A stretch of DNA of 64,000 nt from a virus (Duplodnaviria; Heunggongvirae; Uroviricota; Caudoviricetes): the IMG/VR virus record IMGVR_UViG_2937414065_000001; one strand, written 5' to 3'. Both the position numbers and the translations under genes were made by a program. Shown here one piece after another: positions 37,181-47,227 of the stretch. Numbering within the stretch: the first letter of the stretch is position 1; each line of letters starts with the position of its first letter. The notes under the pieces were generated by a model, which was not told the origin of the DNA, did not search any database, and saw nothing but the letters and a program-made list of their open reading frames with translations.

Positions 37181-37705
37181 TTAATCGCAGGTGGTTTTGC
37201 CAGTTCCATCGGGATAGGTGATGGCTTCACAAGATTTGCCATTAAAAAAGCTGTAGCTCCGAATCGTTCCGTCAGGGTCTCTTTCCGTATAGGACTCCAG
37301 TTTTTTCGGATCAGCGTTCCTGCGGCGCGCTTCTTTCAGTCTGTATTGTGCCTTGTACATCTCCTTGTAGGCTTGTTCTGTGCGCTTCATCTTGATCTCA
37401 TATGCCTCTTTACTGCCGAGATAAGCGGCCATTTCGAGGTCACAGTTGAAGCTAATTTTTGGATCTGGTGGGGCATATTTGCCCAGCACTTCCTTTAAGT
37501 CATTGTCGTTAGAGACAAAGTAGGCATGGCTTCCACACAATTTGTCGGCTCTGTCCTGGGCAATGGCGACGCTTGAAGTGGAATAAATATCGACAGTGCC
37601 ACCAATGTACTTCTGATCTTTCGGTGGTGTGGACGCACACCCAGCCAACCCGATTGCCAGTGTCGCCAAAATCACGCGTTTCATTGTTCTTCTCCTTGTT
37701 TCCAT
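37181..37705 (-). CDS. lipoprotein
   Basis: MKRVILATLAIGLAGCAS lipobox. Confidence 0.6.
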   Translation of the reverse strand: METRRRTMKRVILATLAIGLAGCASTPPKDQKYIGGTVDIYSTSSVAIAQDRADKLCGSHAYFVSNDNDLKEVLGKYAPPDPKISFNCDLEMAAYLGSKEAYEIKMKRTEQAYKEMYKAQYRLKEARRRNADPKKLESYTERDPDGTIRSYSFFNGKSCEAITYPDGTGKTTCD

Positions 37706-37909
37706 CAGCTTTGCTGAATGGCTGCGATTATAGAGTGCGCTTTAACGGATATGAATGTTTGATACCATGTAAAAATAGGTATGTAATTACTTATATCTTT
37801 TGCGATAATCATGAACCTATACATTTCCTTATGTGCCGTGCTGACCAGATTGTTCGCCTCTCAAGCACGCTTAGAATTTGTATCAAAACAACCACAAAGG
37901 AAAAGACAC

Positions 37910-38995
37910 ATGACTGTTCCATACGGGGTGATTTCAGATCCCCATTATCATCGTTGGGATGCTTTTGCGACAACTAACTCTGACGGTCTGAACTCCAGAC
38001 TGGAGATTCAACTCGACGCAACCAAAGAAGCGGCGAGAGCCATGAAAGCGGCAGGATGCCAGTACATGCTGGTGGCTGGCGACACGTTCCATGTACGAGG
38101 CGCAGTATCACCTTCCGTTCTGCACTTTGTCACAGAAACCTACGAGTGGATCATCAAAGAGCTTGGCCTTGAAGTGGCTATGCTGGCCGGGAACCACGAC
38201 CTCGAAACTAACGACTCTGTCTACAGCGCCAACGCTGCGGCGTCGTTGCGCTCGATTGGCGTGGAGATCGTCTGCGGCAAACGCGCCCACTCCATCAAAA
38301 TGGGTGACGTTACCGTTCATATGATGAGCTGGCGCAACAACCACGCGGAGCTTATCAGCGACCTCAAGACACTGCGTTCCGGGCTGTCTGGCGACAAGCA
38401 TGACGTTGTAGTGCATACCTCGATCAACAAAGCGATCCCAACGATGCCAGATGTGGGCATCGATGCGCAGGAGCTGAAAGACATTGGCTTCCGCCTGCTC
38501 TTGTCTGGCCATTACCACAATCATAAAGAAGTGCTGCCGGGAGTGGTGAGCATCGGCGCTCTGACACATCAGAATTGGGGCGATGTGGGGTCGCTGGCCG
38601 GTTTCATGATCGTGAACCCAGACGGCACTTTCACCCACCAAGAAACCTCGGCGCCCAAGTTCGTGAACCTGGAAGACGACGTCGACGATTCGCTGATCCG
38701 CGGCAACTACGTGCGCTTCCGCGCCATCGTCGAAAGTGATGAAGAAGGCATCAAAATCCAGAACGTCCTTAAAACGATGGGAGCCAAAGGCGTCGTCTGC
38801 AACTTCATCCGCAAGGCCTCAATGATGGAAGGCACTGCCAGCACCGCAGAGACCAGCAAGATTGACAGCCTGGGTGAGTCCGTTGCGGCCTACTGCAAGA
38901 TCGTCCATGACACAGACGGCGGCTTCGACCTGAGCAAACTGGACATGTTGTGTCAGGAAATCCTGACCGAAGCAGAGAGTGCGGAGGCAGTGTGA
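37910..38995 (+). CDS. sbcD: SbcD/Mre11-like nuclease (calcineurin-like metallophosphoesterase)
   Basis: DPHYHRW, GDTFH and GNHD phosphoesterase motifs. RBS AAGGAAAAG. The ORF extends to 37811, but the N-terminal homology begins at this Met. Confidence 0.75.
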   Translation: MTVPYGVISDPHYHRWDAFATTNSDGLNSRLEIQLDATKEAARAMKAAGCQYMLVAGDTFHVRGAVSPSVLHFVTETYEWIIKELGLEVAMLAGNHDLETNDSVYSANAAASLRSIGVEIVCGKRAHSIKMGDVTVHMMSWRNNHAELISDLKTLRSGLSGDKHDVVVHTSINKAIPTMPDVGIDAQELKDIGFRLLLSGHYHNHKEVLPGVVSIGALTHQNWGDVGSLAGFMIVNPDGTFTHQETSAPKFVNLEDDVDDSLIRGNYVRFRAIVESDEEGIKIQNVLKTMGAKGVVCNFIRKASMMEGTASTAETSKIDSLGESVAAYCKIVHDTDGGFDLSKLDMLCQEILTEAESAEAV

Positions 38996-39224
38996 TGGCG
39001 GGCGGTTCTGCGAGCTTTTACGACTATGCGAGCGCAATGAAGAGGCTTGCTCGTGGGCAGACCGTGATGGTTCACAAGCCCTACCCGTCTGGTGGGAACC
39101 CCCTGGCGTTTTATCTGGGAAGACTGACAGAACAAGGTGTGTTGAAGCGCCAGTCTTTTCCGGCTCACACAGAGTTCAGATTACAAAAAGGTCAAAAACT
39201 GACGCGTAAGATCAGAGGCGTTAA

Positions 39225-41141
39225 ATGAAATTTTTAAAGCTCACCGTTGAGAATTTTATGGCGCTGGCCAGCGCCGAAGTCGAACTGGATCAGCGCGGGC
39301 TGGTGCTCATCCAGGGCGTTAACAGCGGCGACTCTTCCGCAGCCAGCAATGGCGCGGGCAAATCGACCCTGATGAACAGTTTAATGTGGTGTCTTTATGG
39401 CGAAACAGCGCATGGCGTAAAGGGTGACGATGTGCTGTCGACGGGGCATGAGAAAAACTGTCGAGTCATGGTCACAATCGAAGACGAGGGTAAGCGCTAC
39501 GCCATCATTCGCCATCGCAAACACAAAGAGTTCAAAAACCGGCTGATCGTGCGTGGCGAAGACGGCGACATGACCAAAGGCAAGGATACGCTGACGCAGG
39601 AGTTTGTAGAGCGTCTGATTGGTGCGTCAAAAGAGGTCTTCATGGCTTCCATATACGCCAGTCAGGAAGCCATGCCAGATCTGCCAGGCATGTCCGATAA
39701 AAACCTCAAAACCATCGTGGAGGAAGCCGCTGGTGTCGACCGCCTGACTCGGGCCTATGCCATCGCTCGCGAACGTGCCAACGCGGCCGCAGCGCGCATG
39801 GACGTCACCAAATCCAAAATGGATGCCTGTCTCACGCTTATTGAGACGGCGCAGGCGGAAATTGAATCTGCCAAAACCTCATCTGAAAGCTGGGAGTGTG
39901 AGCGTGGCGAACGTCTGGATAAGGCTCGCGTCGACTTGGCCGGTGCGGAAGTCACGCTGGCCGAGGTCATAATGGAAATGCGCACGCTGCCAGAGCAAAT
40001 TCGCGATACAGAAAACGCTATCGCCACCGAACGAGAGAAGCTGGCCTCTAAAGAAGAGCATGATGCGAAGCTACTTAAGGTGCGTGGCGCTGTCACTGAG
40101 ATCCGCGCCAATATCCGCACAGCAGAGGCCGCACAAAATGACGCCATGAGTCGTGCTCGTGCATTCAAAACCAAAGCGGAGGAGGTTAACACCAAAGTTG
40201 GAGCACCCTGCTCTACGTGTGGCAAACCTTACTGCGAAGAAGATTTATCAACCGTGAAGGAGGGGTTAATTGAACAGGCTCGCAATGAGATCAGCCAGGC
40301 GCAGGCATTTGCAACGGCAGTGGCTCAACACAAAACGCGTCTTGAAAAGGCGCTCGGAATCGAATCCGCTCTTGTCGCAGCAACCCCCAACGTGTCTGCC
40401 ATCATTGCCAAAATCGAACGCCTGACAAATGAGCTGAGTGCATTACGCCATCGCGAACGCGAACTGTCGGCTGTTGAAGCGCTGGCCGCGAGAGCGCGCA
40501 ATGAGGTCAATCGCATTATCGCTGAAGCCAACCCATTCATTGCGGTCATTAAACGCCATGAAGAGAACCTGGCTGCCAATAAATCTAATTATGCAGTACT
40601 TAAAACTGAGTTAAATAATATTCAGGAGCAGGCTTTGCTGTTAGAGAAAGCTCGCCAGGTTTACTCACCAGCTGGCGTTCGCTCTCACATCCTGACCTCT
40701 GTCACGCCTTTCCTGAACGTCAGGACAGCGGAATACCTCAACACGCTTTCAGACGGCAATATCGTGGCGGAATGGTCAACGATGGAGACAACCAAGAAAG
40801 GTGAATATCGCGACAAGTTCAATATCAGCGTGACGAAAACAGGTTCCAGCAAATCCTTCCAGACACTATCAGGTGGCGAAAAACGTAAGGTGCGCATTGC
40901 GTGCTCGCTGGCTCTGCAAGATCTGGTTGCCAGTCGCGCGAGCAAGAGCATAGAGCTGTTTATCGGCGACGAGATCGACGACGCGCTCGATACAGCGGGG
41001 CTGGAGCGTCTCATGGGGATTCTGGAGTCCAAAGCGCGCGAGCGCGGCACAGTCATGATTATCTCGCACAAAGAGATGAAGTCCTGGTTCCGGGAAACCA
41101 TTACTGTCGAAGTGAAAGAGGGGCGCAGCTATGTCGTTTAA
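39225..41141 (+). CDS. sbcC: SbcC/Rad50-like ATPase
   Basis: N-terminal Walker A NGAGKST. Long coiled coil with a CxxC zinc hook (CSTCGKPYC). C-terminal signature LSGGEKRK and Walker B LFIGDEIDD. Confidence 0.75.
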   Translation: MKFLKLTVENFMALASAEVELDQRGLVLIQGVNSGDSSAASNGAGKSTLMNSLMWCLYGETAHGVKGDDVLSTGHEKNCRVMVTIEDEGKRYAIIRHRKHKEFKNRLIVRGEDGDMTKGKDTLTQEFVERLIGASKEVFMASIYASQEAMPDLPGMSDKNLKTIVEEAAGVDRLTRAYAIARERANAAAARMDVTKSKMDACLTLIETAQAEIESAKTSSESWECERGERLDKARVDLAGAEVTLAEVIMEMRTLPEQIRDTENAIATEREKLASKEEHDAKLLKVRGAVTEIRANIRTAEAAQNDAMSRARAFKTKAEEVNTKVGAPCSTCGKPYCEEDLSTVKEGLIEQARNEISQAQAFATAVAQHKTRLEKALGIESALVAATPNVSAIIAKIERLTNELSALRHRERELSAVEALAARARNEVNRIIAEANPFIAVIKRHEENLAANKSNYAVLKTELNNIQEQALLLEKARQVYSPAGVRSHILTSVTPFLNVRTAEYLNTLSDGNIVAEWSTMETTKKGEYRDKFNISVTKTGSSKSFQTLSGGEKRKVRIACSLALQDLVASRASKSIELFIGDEIDDALDTAGLERLMGILESKARERGTVMIISHKEMKSWFRETITVEVKEGRSYVV

Positions 41142-41877
41142 TCTGAGCCGCTCGCAGTTCCTGCAAATGTTCGCTGTGATGCAGTCGATTAAGCTGATAA
41201 ACAGCCACACCGCGATAAACAGGCCGCTGGGGCTTTGCTGGCAAAACAGCAATATCAGTGAAGAGCAGTTCTCGGCACTGGTAGATCTGCTGTCGAGAAC
41301 GCCGGTGATGCCAAATCTTGATGAGCTGCCGTCAGGAAGCACAGCCCCAATCCTCATCAACCCATTCGCGGAAGGTGGATACCTTCCGCACACAGGGCCA
41401 AGTTTTGTGGTTATACCTGAAACTGATGGTCTGAACATCACAGAGAATGCGCTCTTCGGGGCGATAGCGGCGCACATTAGCACTGCCTTCGCCAACATGA
41501 CACGTTACGTCAATATGCGCGCAACGCACATCACCATGCCTGGTGAGGCGTTTTCCAGCTTCGATATTGAGCTGGACACCTCTCGCCCTGTAGTGGGGAG
41601 CGCCAGGCTGTGTTTTGGCTGTGAGGATGGCAGCGTCGCGGCGGTGGAAGTTGTGCTGCCCTATGTGTTTCAAGCGAACAAAGAGGATGCGCGCCAGCTC
41701 ATCGATATCATGCGCCATTTTATCGGGCAGAGCATGATCGACTCTGATATTGCTGCCGGTGCGCTGACCAGTGACAGCGTTAGTGTGATGGGTGGTGTTT
41801 CTGAGCCTGTTCGTCGTGAACCGGTAAAGACTCTTGAGCAGAAGTTAATGGAATGCCCTATGTGGGCAACATGGTAA
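41131..41877 (+). CDS. hypothetical protein (248 aa)
   Basis: ORF overlaps the sbcC stop. Confidence 0.45.
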   Translation: MSFNLSRSQFLQMFAVMQSIKLINSHTAINRPLGLCWQNSNISEEQFSALVDLLSRTPVMPNLDELPSGSTAPILINPFAEGGYLPHTGPSFVVIPETDGLNITENALFGAIAAHISTAFANMTRYVNMRATHITMPGEAFSSFDIELDTSRPVVGSARLCFGCEDGSVAAVEVVLPYVFQANKEDARQLIDIMRHFIGQSMIDSDIAAGALTSDSVSVMGGVSEPVRREPVKTLEQKLMECPMWATW

Positions 41878-41886
41878 GGAGACTAA

Positions 41887-42456
41887 ATGAGTAAATTGAT
41901 TCGCGTGGTCGGTGTCGACCCGTCAATGAGCAACTTCGGCCTGGCGGTTGGTACGCTGGATCTGGAAACAGACAAGCTCAACATTCACGGCCTGACGCTG
42001 GTGGAAACCAAAGCTGGCGGCAACAAAAAGACCGTTCGCGTTAACAGTGACGATCTGCGCCGCGCCAATGAAATCTGGCGTACAGCCAAGCCCATCATTG
42101 AGCAGGCGCACATGGTGTTCTGTGAGCTGCCGGTTGGCAGTCAATCCTCGCGCGCCCAGACCTCATACGGTGTGTGTATTGGCGTGCTGGCGTGCGTGGA
42201 TAAGCCGCTGATTCAGGTTACGCCAAACGAGATCAAACACTACGTGGGCAACAAGCTGACCACGTCTAAAGATGAAATCATTCAGTGGGCGGTTCAGCAG
42301 CAGCCAGACGCCCCGTGGCTCCGCCGAAAGCAATCTGGTAAGGAAGTGCTGGTGAATAAAAACGAGCACCTTGCGGACGCTGTCGCGTCGATTTACACCG
42401 GTATGCAAACTGATCAATTCCGTCAGGTTCGCGATGTTCTTGCGGGAATTTTATAA
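41887..42456 (+). CDS. RuvC-fold Holliday junction resolvase-like protein
   Basis: VVGVDPS (first Asp), CELP (Glu), and a C-terminal EHLADAVA (Asp/His) arranged as in RuvC/YqgF-fold nucleases. Confidence 0.5.
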   Translation: MSKLIRVVGVDPSMSNFGLAVGTLDLETDKLNIHGLTLVETKAGGNKKTVRVNSDDLRRANEIWRTAKPIIEQAHMVFCELPVGSQSSRAQTSYGVCIGVLACVDKPLIQVTPNEIKHYVGNKLTTSKDEIIQWAVQQQPDAPWLRRKQSGKEVLVNKNEHLADAVASIYTGMQTDQFRQVRDVLAGIL

Positions 42457-42467
42457 GTCGGTAATTG

Positions 42468-42488
42468 ATAGGTAAGTGCTTATCTATT
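42468..42488 (+). promoter_or_regulatory. motif B palindrome (GATAGGTAAGTGCTTATCTAT)
   Basis: Near-perfect inverted repeat between the ruvC-like stop and the terminator. Confidence 0.5.
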
Positions 42489-42495
42489 AACATGA

Positions 42496-42522
42496 GGCCA
42501 CTATATTTAGTGGCCTTTTTTA
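42496..42522 (+). terminator. rho-independent terminator
   Basis: AGGCCACTATATTTAGTGGCCT followed by TTTTTT. Confidence 0.7.
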
Positions 42523-42533
42523 TTGGGTGATAC

Positions 42534-44849
42534 ATGATAAGCATCGTAAAACGTAACGGTTCCACAGAGCCGTTGTCAGAGGAAAAATACAACCGCGTTG
42601 TGATGTGGGGAGTCGAAAACATTCGCAACGTTAGCGCGTCTGCTGTCGCTATGGGCGCCTCTGCCAGCATTTTCGACGGAATGACCACCTGCCAGCTGCA
42701 TGAAGCGCTGGTGAAGTCCGCTGCCGATCTGATCTCTCCGGAAACCCCGAACTACTCGCAGGTTGCCGCGCGACTGAGCCTGTTCAAGATCCGCAAGGAC
42801 GCCTTCGGGCAGTATGACTACCCGAATTTCTACAATCACATCGTCAGCAACGTCAGCCGTGGCGTTTACGATGAAGACCTTCTCAAATACTACTCTCAGG
42901 AAGAAATTGCCGAGCTGGGCGTGTACATCAAGCCTAAGCGCGACGAATACTTCGGCTATGCCGCAACCGTGCAGCTGGCGAGCAAGTATCTCGTTCAAAA
43001 CCGTGTAACTGGCGCTATCTACGAAGGGCCACAGCAACTCTACATGCTGGTAGGCATGTGCCTGTTCCAGAATTGGGAAGATGGCTGCGCCGGTAAGACG
43101 CGTCTGGAGATGGTTAAAGGCTTCTACGATGTGACCAGTACATTCAAGCTGTCTCTGCCAACGCCAATTATGGCCGGCGTGCGCACCCCTACTCGCCAGT
43201 TCTCCAGCTGCGTGCTGATTGAAGCTGCTGATAGTCTGAAAGGGATTAGCGCTGCGTCTTCCGCAATCATCGACTACGTGTCACGTCGCGCGGGCATTGG
43301 TATTGGCTTTGGGCGTCTGCGTGCGCTGGGAAGTGAGATCCGCAATGGCGAGGCCACCCACACTGGCGTTATTCCATTCCTGAAACACTTCCAGACGGCG
43401 GTGAAATCCTGCTCTCAGGGCGGTGTTCGCGGCGGCGCTGCTACAGCGTTCTATCCGATCTGGCATCTGGAAGTTGAAAGTCTGCTGGTGCTGAAAAACA
43501 ACCGTGGCATTGAAGAGAACCGCGTTCGTCATCTCGACTATGGCGTGATGATTAACCGTCTGATGTATCGCCGCCTGGTGCGCAACGAAAACATTACGCT
43601 GTTCAGCCCACACGATGTGCCGGGCCTGTACGACGCGTTCTTTGTTGATCAGGACAAGTTCGAAGAGCTGTACCTGAAGTACGAAGCCGACGAGAGCATC
43701 CGTAAGAAATCTATCCCGGCCGTCGACCTGTTCTCTACGCTGATGCAGGAGCGTGCCTCTACTGGTCGTGTTTACATTGCCAACGTCGACCACATGAACG
43801 ATCACGGCGCATTCGTTCCGGAAATTGCACCGGTACACCAGTCCAATCTCTGCATGGAGATCACGCTACCGACCAAGCCACTGGCGTTCACTGACGATCC
43901 GAACGGGGAAATCGCGCTTTGCACTCTGTCTGCGTTTAACCTGGGCGCGATCCGCACGTTGGACTCACTGAAAGACGTGGCGTTCTACGCTGTGGCGGCA
44001 CTGGACTCTCTGCTCGACTATCAGGACTACCCGATGGCTGCTGCAGAAATCCCGGCTAAAGTACGTCGTAGCCTGGGCATTGGCGTAACCAACTTTGCCT
44101 ACTATCTGGCGAAGAACGGCTTTAACTACTCTGACACTGCGGGCAACCAGCTGGTGCATGAGACCTTCGAAGCCATTCAGTACTACCTGCTCGATGCGAG
44201 CTGCCGACTGGCCGAAGCGAAAGGTGCATGTGACTGGTTCTCCCACACCAAATATGCACAGGGCCAGCTGCCAGTCGACCACTATCGCAAAACGCTGGAT
44301 ACCAACCCGGAGACCTCTTTCGAGCTGAAAATGCCGTGGGAAGAGCTGCGTGGCCGTATCCGTGAGCATGGTCTGCGTAACTCCACTCTGACCGCCCAAA
44401 TGCCGTGCGAGACGTCCAGTCAGATCACCAACTCCACCAATGGTATTGAGCCGCCCCGCGGCCCGGTGTCCGTGAAGTCTTCCAAAGACGGCATCGTGAA
44501 GATGGTCGTTCCGGACTTCGCGCAACTGAAAGACCAGTACGAGTACCTGTGGGATATGCCGGACAACCGCGGCTATCTGACTAAGGTGGCCATCATTCAG
44601 AAGTTCTTCGATCAGGCCATCTCTGCGAACACCAACTACGACCCGACTCGCTTCCCTGGCGACAAGGTTCCAATGATGAAGCTGCTGGAAGACCTGCTGT
44701 TTGCGTATCAGCAAGGTGTGAAGACGCTTTATTACCACAACACGCGTGATGGCGCTGGTAAGCGTGATGACGACGATCAGGTGTCCGAACCTTCCGCTGC
44801 GGAGGTTGTTGAGCCAGAAGATGAGTGCGATGGCGCGTGCAAAATCTGA
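42534..44849 (+). CDS. nrdA: ribonucleoside-diphosphate reductase alpha subunit (class Ia NrdA) with N-terminal ATP-cone
   Basis: ATP cone IVKRNGSTEPLSEEK. Catalytic-site NxCxE motif in SNLCMEIT. C-terminal CxxxxC tail (ECDGACKI). Confidence 0.9.
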   Translation: MISIVKRNGSTEPLSEEKYNRVVMWGVENIRNVSASAVAMGASASIFDGMTTCQLHEALVKSAADLISPETPNYSQVAARLSLFKIRKDAFGQYDYPNFYNHIVSNVSRGVYDEDLLKYYSQEEIAELGVYIKPKRDEYFGYAATVQLASKYLVQNRVTGAIYEGPQQLYMLVGMCLFQNWEDGCAGKTRLEMVKGFYDVTSTFKLSLPTPIMAGVRTPTRQFSSCVLIEAADSLKGISAASSAIIDYVSRRAGIGIGFGRLRALGSEIRNGEATHTGVIPFLKHFQTAVKSCSQGGVRGGAATAFYPIWHLEVESLLVLKNNRGIEENRVRHLDYGVMINRLMYRRLVRNENITLFSPHDVPGLYDAFFVDQDKFEELYLKYEADESIRKKSIPAVDLFSTLMQERASTGRVYIANVDHMNDHGAFVPEIAPVHQSNLCMEITLPTKPLAFTDDPNGEIALCTLSAFNLGAIRTLDSLKDVAFYAVAALDSLLDYQDYPMAAAEIPAKVRRSLGIGVTNFAYYLAKNGFNYSDTAGNQLVHETFEAIQYYLLDASCRLAEAKGACDWFSHTKYAQGQLPVDHYRKTLDTNPETSFELKMPWEELRGRIREHGLRNSTLTAQMPCETSSQITNSTNGIEPPRGPVSVKSSKDGIVKMVVPDFAQLKDQYEYLWDMPDNRGYLTKVAIIQKFFDQAISANTNYDPTRFPGDKVPMMKLLEDLLFAYQQGVKTLYYHNTRDGAGKRDDDDQVSEPSAAEVVEPEDECDGACKI

Positions 44850-44854
44850 TGAGC

Positions 44855-44880
44855 GTGGGGAGAAATCCCCACCTTTTCAT
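44855..44880 (+). terminator. hairpin/terminator between nrdA and nrdB
   Basis: GTGGGGAGAAATCCCCAC followed by CTTTTCATT. Confidence 0.5.
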
Positions 44881-44909
44881 TGATTTGAGTACCTTGTTTA
44901 AACCAATAA

Positions 44910-44925
44910 GATAACAATTTGTTTA
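44910..44925 (+). promoter_or_regulatory. motif A (GATAACAATTTGTTTA), 32 nt upstream of nrdB
   Basis: Palindrome AACAA-T-TTGTT. Confidence 0.5.
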
Positions 44926-44956
44926 AAGCCACTCGATAACATTCAGAGGGAAATAC

Positions 44957-46099
44957 ATGACTTATTCTACTTTCCGTTTGGGCGCTAACGACGCAACGAA
45001 GGAACCTATGTTCCTCGGCCAGTCTGTCAACGTAGCACGCTACGATCAGCAAAAGTACCGTGACTTCGAAAAGCTGATTGAGAAACAACTCTCGTTCTTC
45101 TGGCGCCCTGAAGAAGTCGACATTACCACTGACCGCATCGACTTCAATACCAAGCTGCAAGAGCACGAACGCCATATTTTTCTGAGCAACCTGCGTTACC
45201 AGACGCTGTTGGATTCCGTTCAGGGTCGCAGTCCAAACGCAACACTGCTGCCGCTGATCTCCATTCCTGAGCTGGAGACATGGGTTGAGACCTGGTCGTT
45301 CTCTGAGACGATTCACAGCCGCAGCTATACCCACATTATCCGCGGTATGGTGGATGACCCGAGCATCGTTTTCGACGGCATCGTCACGGACGAAGAGATC
45401 ATCAGCCGGGCTGTAAGCATCTCAAGCGAATATGACAGGCTGTACGAAATGACCTGCGCTCGCCAGCATCTTGGCGAAGACGAATTTGAACGGCTGTATG
45501 TCAGCGAGTTTGATGGCAAGCCCTACCCTCTCCAGCGCCAGCTGTTCCGAACACTGGTGTCGGTGAATGCACTGGAGGCGATTCGCTTCTACGTGAGCTT
45601 TGCGTGTACGTTCGCCTTTGGTGAGCGGAAGCTGCTGGAGGGCAACACGAAGATCATGCGCTTTATCGCGCGTGACGAGGCTTTGCATTGCGAAGGTACT
45701 GAACGCATGATCCGCTTTATGCGTACCGGTCGTGAAGGTCTGATGTGGAAGATGATTGCCGCAGAAGAAGAGAGCTTCATCTATCAGACCATGATGGACG
45801 TGGCCGGGCAGGAAATGCGCTGGGCTGACTATCTGTTTAAAGACGGCTCAATGATTGGCTTGAATGCCGACATCCTCAAAAGCTATGTGAAATACCGCAC
45901 CAACCTGGCAATACGTCGTCTTGGGCTGCGACCGCTGTTCCCGGAAATCAAAGACGATCCACTGGTATGGATGAACAAATGGCTGCTGTCAGACACCCTG
46001 CAGATCGCTCCGCAGGAAGCTGAACAAAGCAACTACCTCGTTGGCCAGATTGACTCCGCTGTCGATCGCTCCGGCCTGAGCCAGTTCGCAGACCTTTAA
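44957..46099 (+). CDS. nrdB: ribonucleoside-diphosphate reductase beta subunit (NrdB)
   Basis: Di-iron/tyrosyl-radical ferritin-like fold, about 380 aa, immediately downstream of nrdA. Confidence 0.85.
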   Translation: MTYSTFRLGANDATKEPMFLGQSVNVARYDQQKYRDFEKLIEKQLSFFWRPEEVDITTDRIDFNTKLQEHERHIFLSNLRYQTLLDSVQGRSPNATLLPLISIPELETWVETWSFSETIHSRSYTHIIRGMVDDPSIVFDGIVTDEEIISRAVSISSEYDRLYEMTCARQHLGEDEFERLYVSEFDGKPYPLQRQLFRTLVSVNALEAIRFYVSFACTFAFGERKLLEGNTKIMRFIARDEALHCEGTERMIRFMRTGREGLMWKMIAAEEESFIYQTMMDVAGQEMRWADYLFKDGSMIGLNADILKSYVKYRTNLAIRRLGLRPLFPEIKDDPLVWMNKWLLSDTLQIAPQEAEQSNYLVGQIDSAVDRSGLSQFADL

Positions 46100-46181
46100 G
46101 CCGAGTTTAACCACTTTGTGGCCTGGCGCTGCTGGGTCACAATTGACGTATCAAATGAAGTCCAAAGGAAAGAAAGAAGAC

Positions 46182-47060
46182 ATGAAATTTACGAAACTGA
46201 CCGATCATCTGAAACTTGCCGCAGACAAACTCGTGGGATTTAAGCCAGAGCCTTACGAGTTGAATCCCGGTTTTGGCAAGGCAACGGAAAGCATCTACCT
46301 GATGGTTGACCAGTTCCACACACTGTTTCAGCACCCACGCCGTGCCATTCCAGATCCGGCACTACTGCGTCTGCGTGCCAAGCTGATCCACGAAGAAGCT
46401 GTTACCGAGGGCATCACGGCAGCTAAAAACGGGGACATGACGGCGCTGCTGGATGCGATGGCTGACTTCCTTTACGTGGGCGTCGGCACAATGGTGGCCA
46501 TCAAAGGCGGTATCTCTACAGGCATGAGCTACTACACCCAAGAGCAGAGTGTTGATCGCTTCATCCACACCATCATGGTTCCAGGCAACACGGTCTTTGA
46601 CGACATGGCCATCCCGTTTGAAGAAGCAAAAGAAGCTGCATTAATGCTGAATGCGCTGGCTGACAAACTCGAAGCGAAGCCGATTAGCGATTCCGAATTG
46701 GTGCAGGAGCTGCGCCGCGTGATGAATAAAATCTACGTTGCCTGCATGATGACCTACCGCCTGGCTGATTTTCTCGGTATCGATATTGTTGAGCTGGTGG
46801 CAGAAATCCATCGTTCCAACATGACCAAGCTGTGGCCGGCTGACGCCGAAGAGCGTCGTGTGGCGGTAGAGAATTGCAAATACGACAAGGAAGATCTGGG
46901 CTTCCGCCACGCTGAAGGGACTGACATGATGATTGGCTTCAGAGTTTCTGATGGCAAGATCCTCAAATCCCCAACCTACAGCGATGTGGATCTGACTCGC
47001 TTTGTTGAGAAGGCGAAGTCCTCATCTCTTTACGAGATGCTAAAAAATAATTGTAAGTGA
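46182..47060 (+). CDS. MazG-like nucleotide pyrophosphohydrolase-like protein (putative)
   Basis: All-alpha protein with an EExxE-like motif (IHEEAVTEGI) and a downstream acidic pair (LLDAMADF). I rate this assignment weak. RBS AAAGGAAAGAAAG. The six-frame ORF starts at 46116; I took the first ATG, 46182, as the start. Confidence 0.35.
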   Translation: MKFTKLTDHLKLAADKLVGFKPEPYELNPGFGKATESIYLMVDQFHTLFQHPRRAIPDPALLRLRAKLIHEEAVTEGITAAKNGDMTALLDAMADFLYVGVGTMVAIKGGISTGMSYYTQEQSVDRFIHTIMVPGNTVFDDMAIPFEEAKEAALMLNALADKLEAKPISDSELVQELRRVMNKIYVACMMTYRLADFLGIDIVELVAEIHRSNMTKLWPADAEERRVAVENCKYDKEDLGFRHAEGTDMMIGFRVSDGKILKSPTYSDVDLTRFVEKAKSSSLYEMLKNNCK

Positions 47061-47112
47061 GCACCTATCATTATATATTGCCTGAGCGTGTTTTATTGTC
47101 CAAGTTCTTAAT

Positions 47113-47145
47113 TGCTCATTGCAATGGTGGCCTAAGAGCCACCAT
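47113..47145 (+). terminator. rho-independent terminator
   Basis: AATGGTGGCCTAAGAGCCACCATT followed by TTTTTTT. Confidence 0.7.
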
Positions 47146-47202
47146 TTTTTTTACTCCCCTCCTAGCCTTACACACTTCTGACAGATAAACTTGTATAAAA
47201 TA

Positions 47203-47222
47203 ATAGGTATATACTTACTTAT
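47203..47222 (+). promoter_or_regulatory. motif B palindrome (ATAGGTATATACTTACTTAT), 6 nt before the thyA start
   Basis: Inverted repeat abutting the start codon. Confidence 0.5.
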
Positions 47223-47227
47223 CTTGT

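Noticed and set aside
42576-44738. Long minus-strand ORFs inside nrdA (153, 185 and 257 aa)
   Set aside because: They are antisense to a high-confidence, highly conserved gene. Open frames of this kind are expected opposite a GC-balanced long gene.
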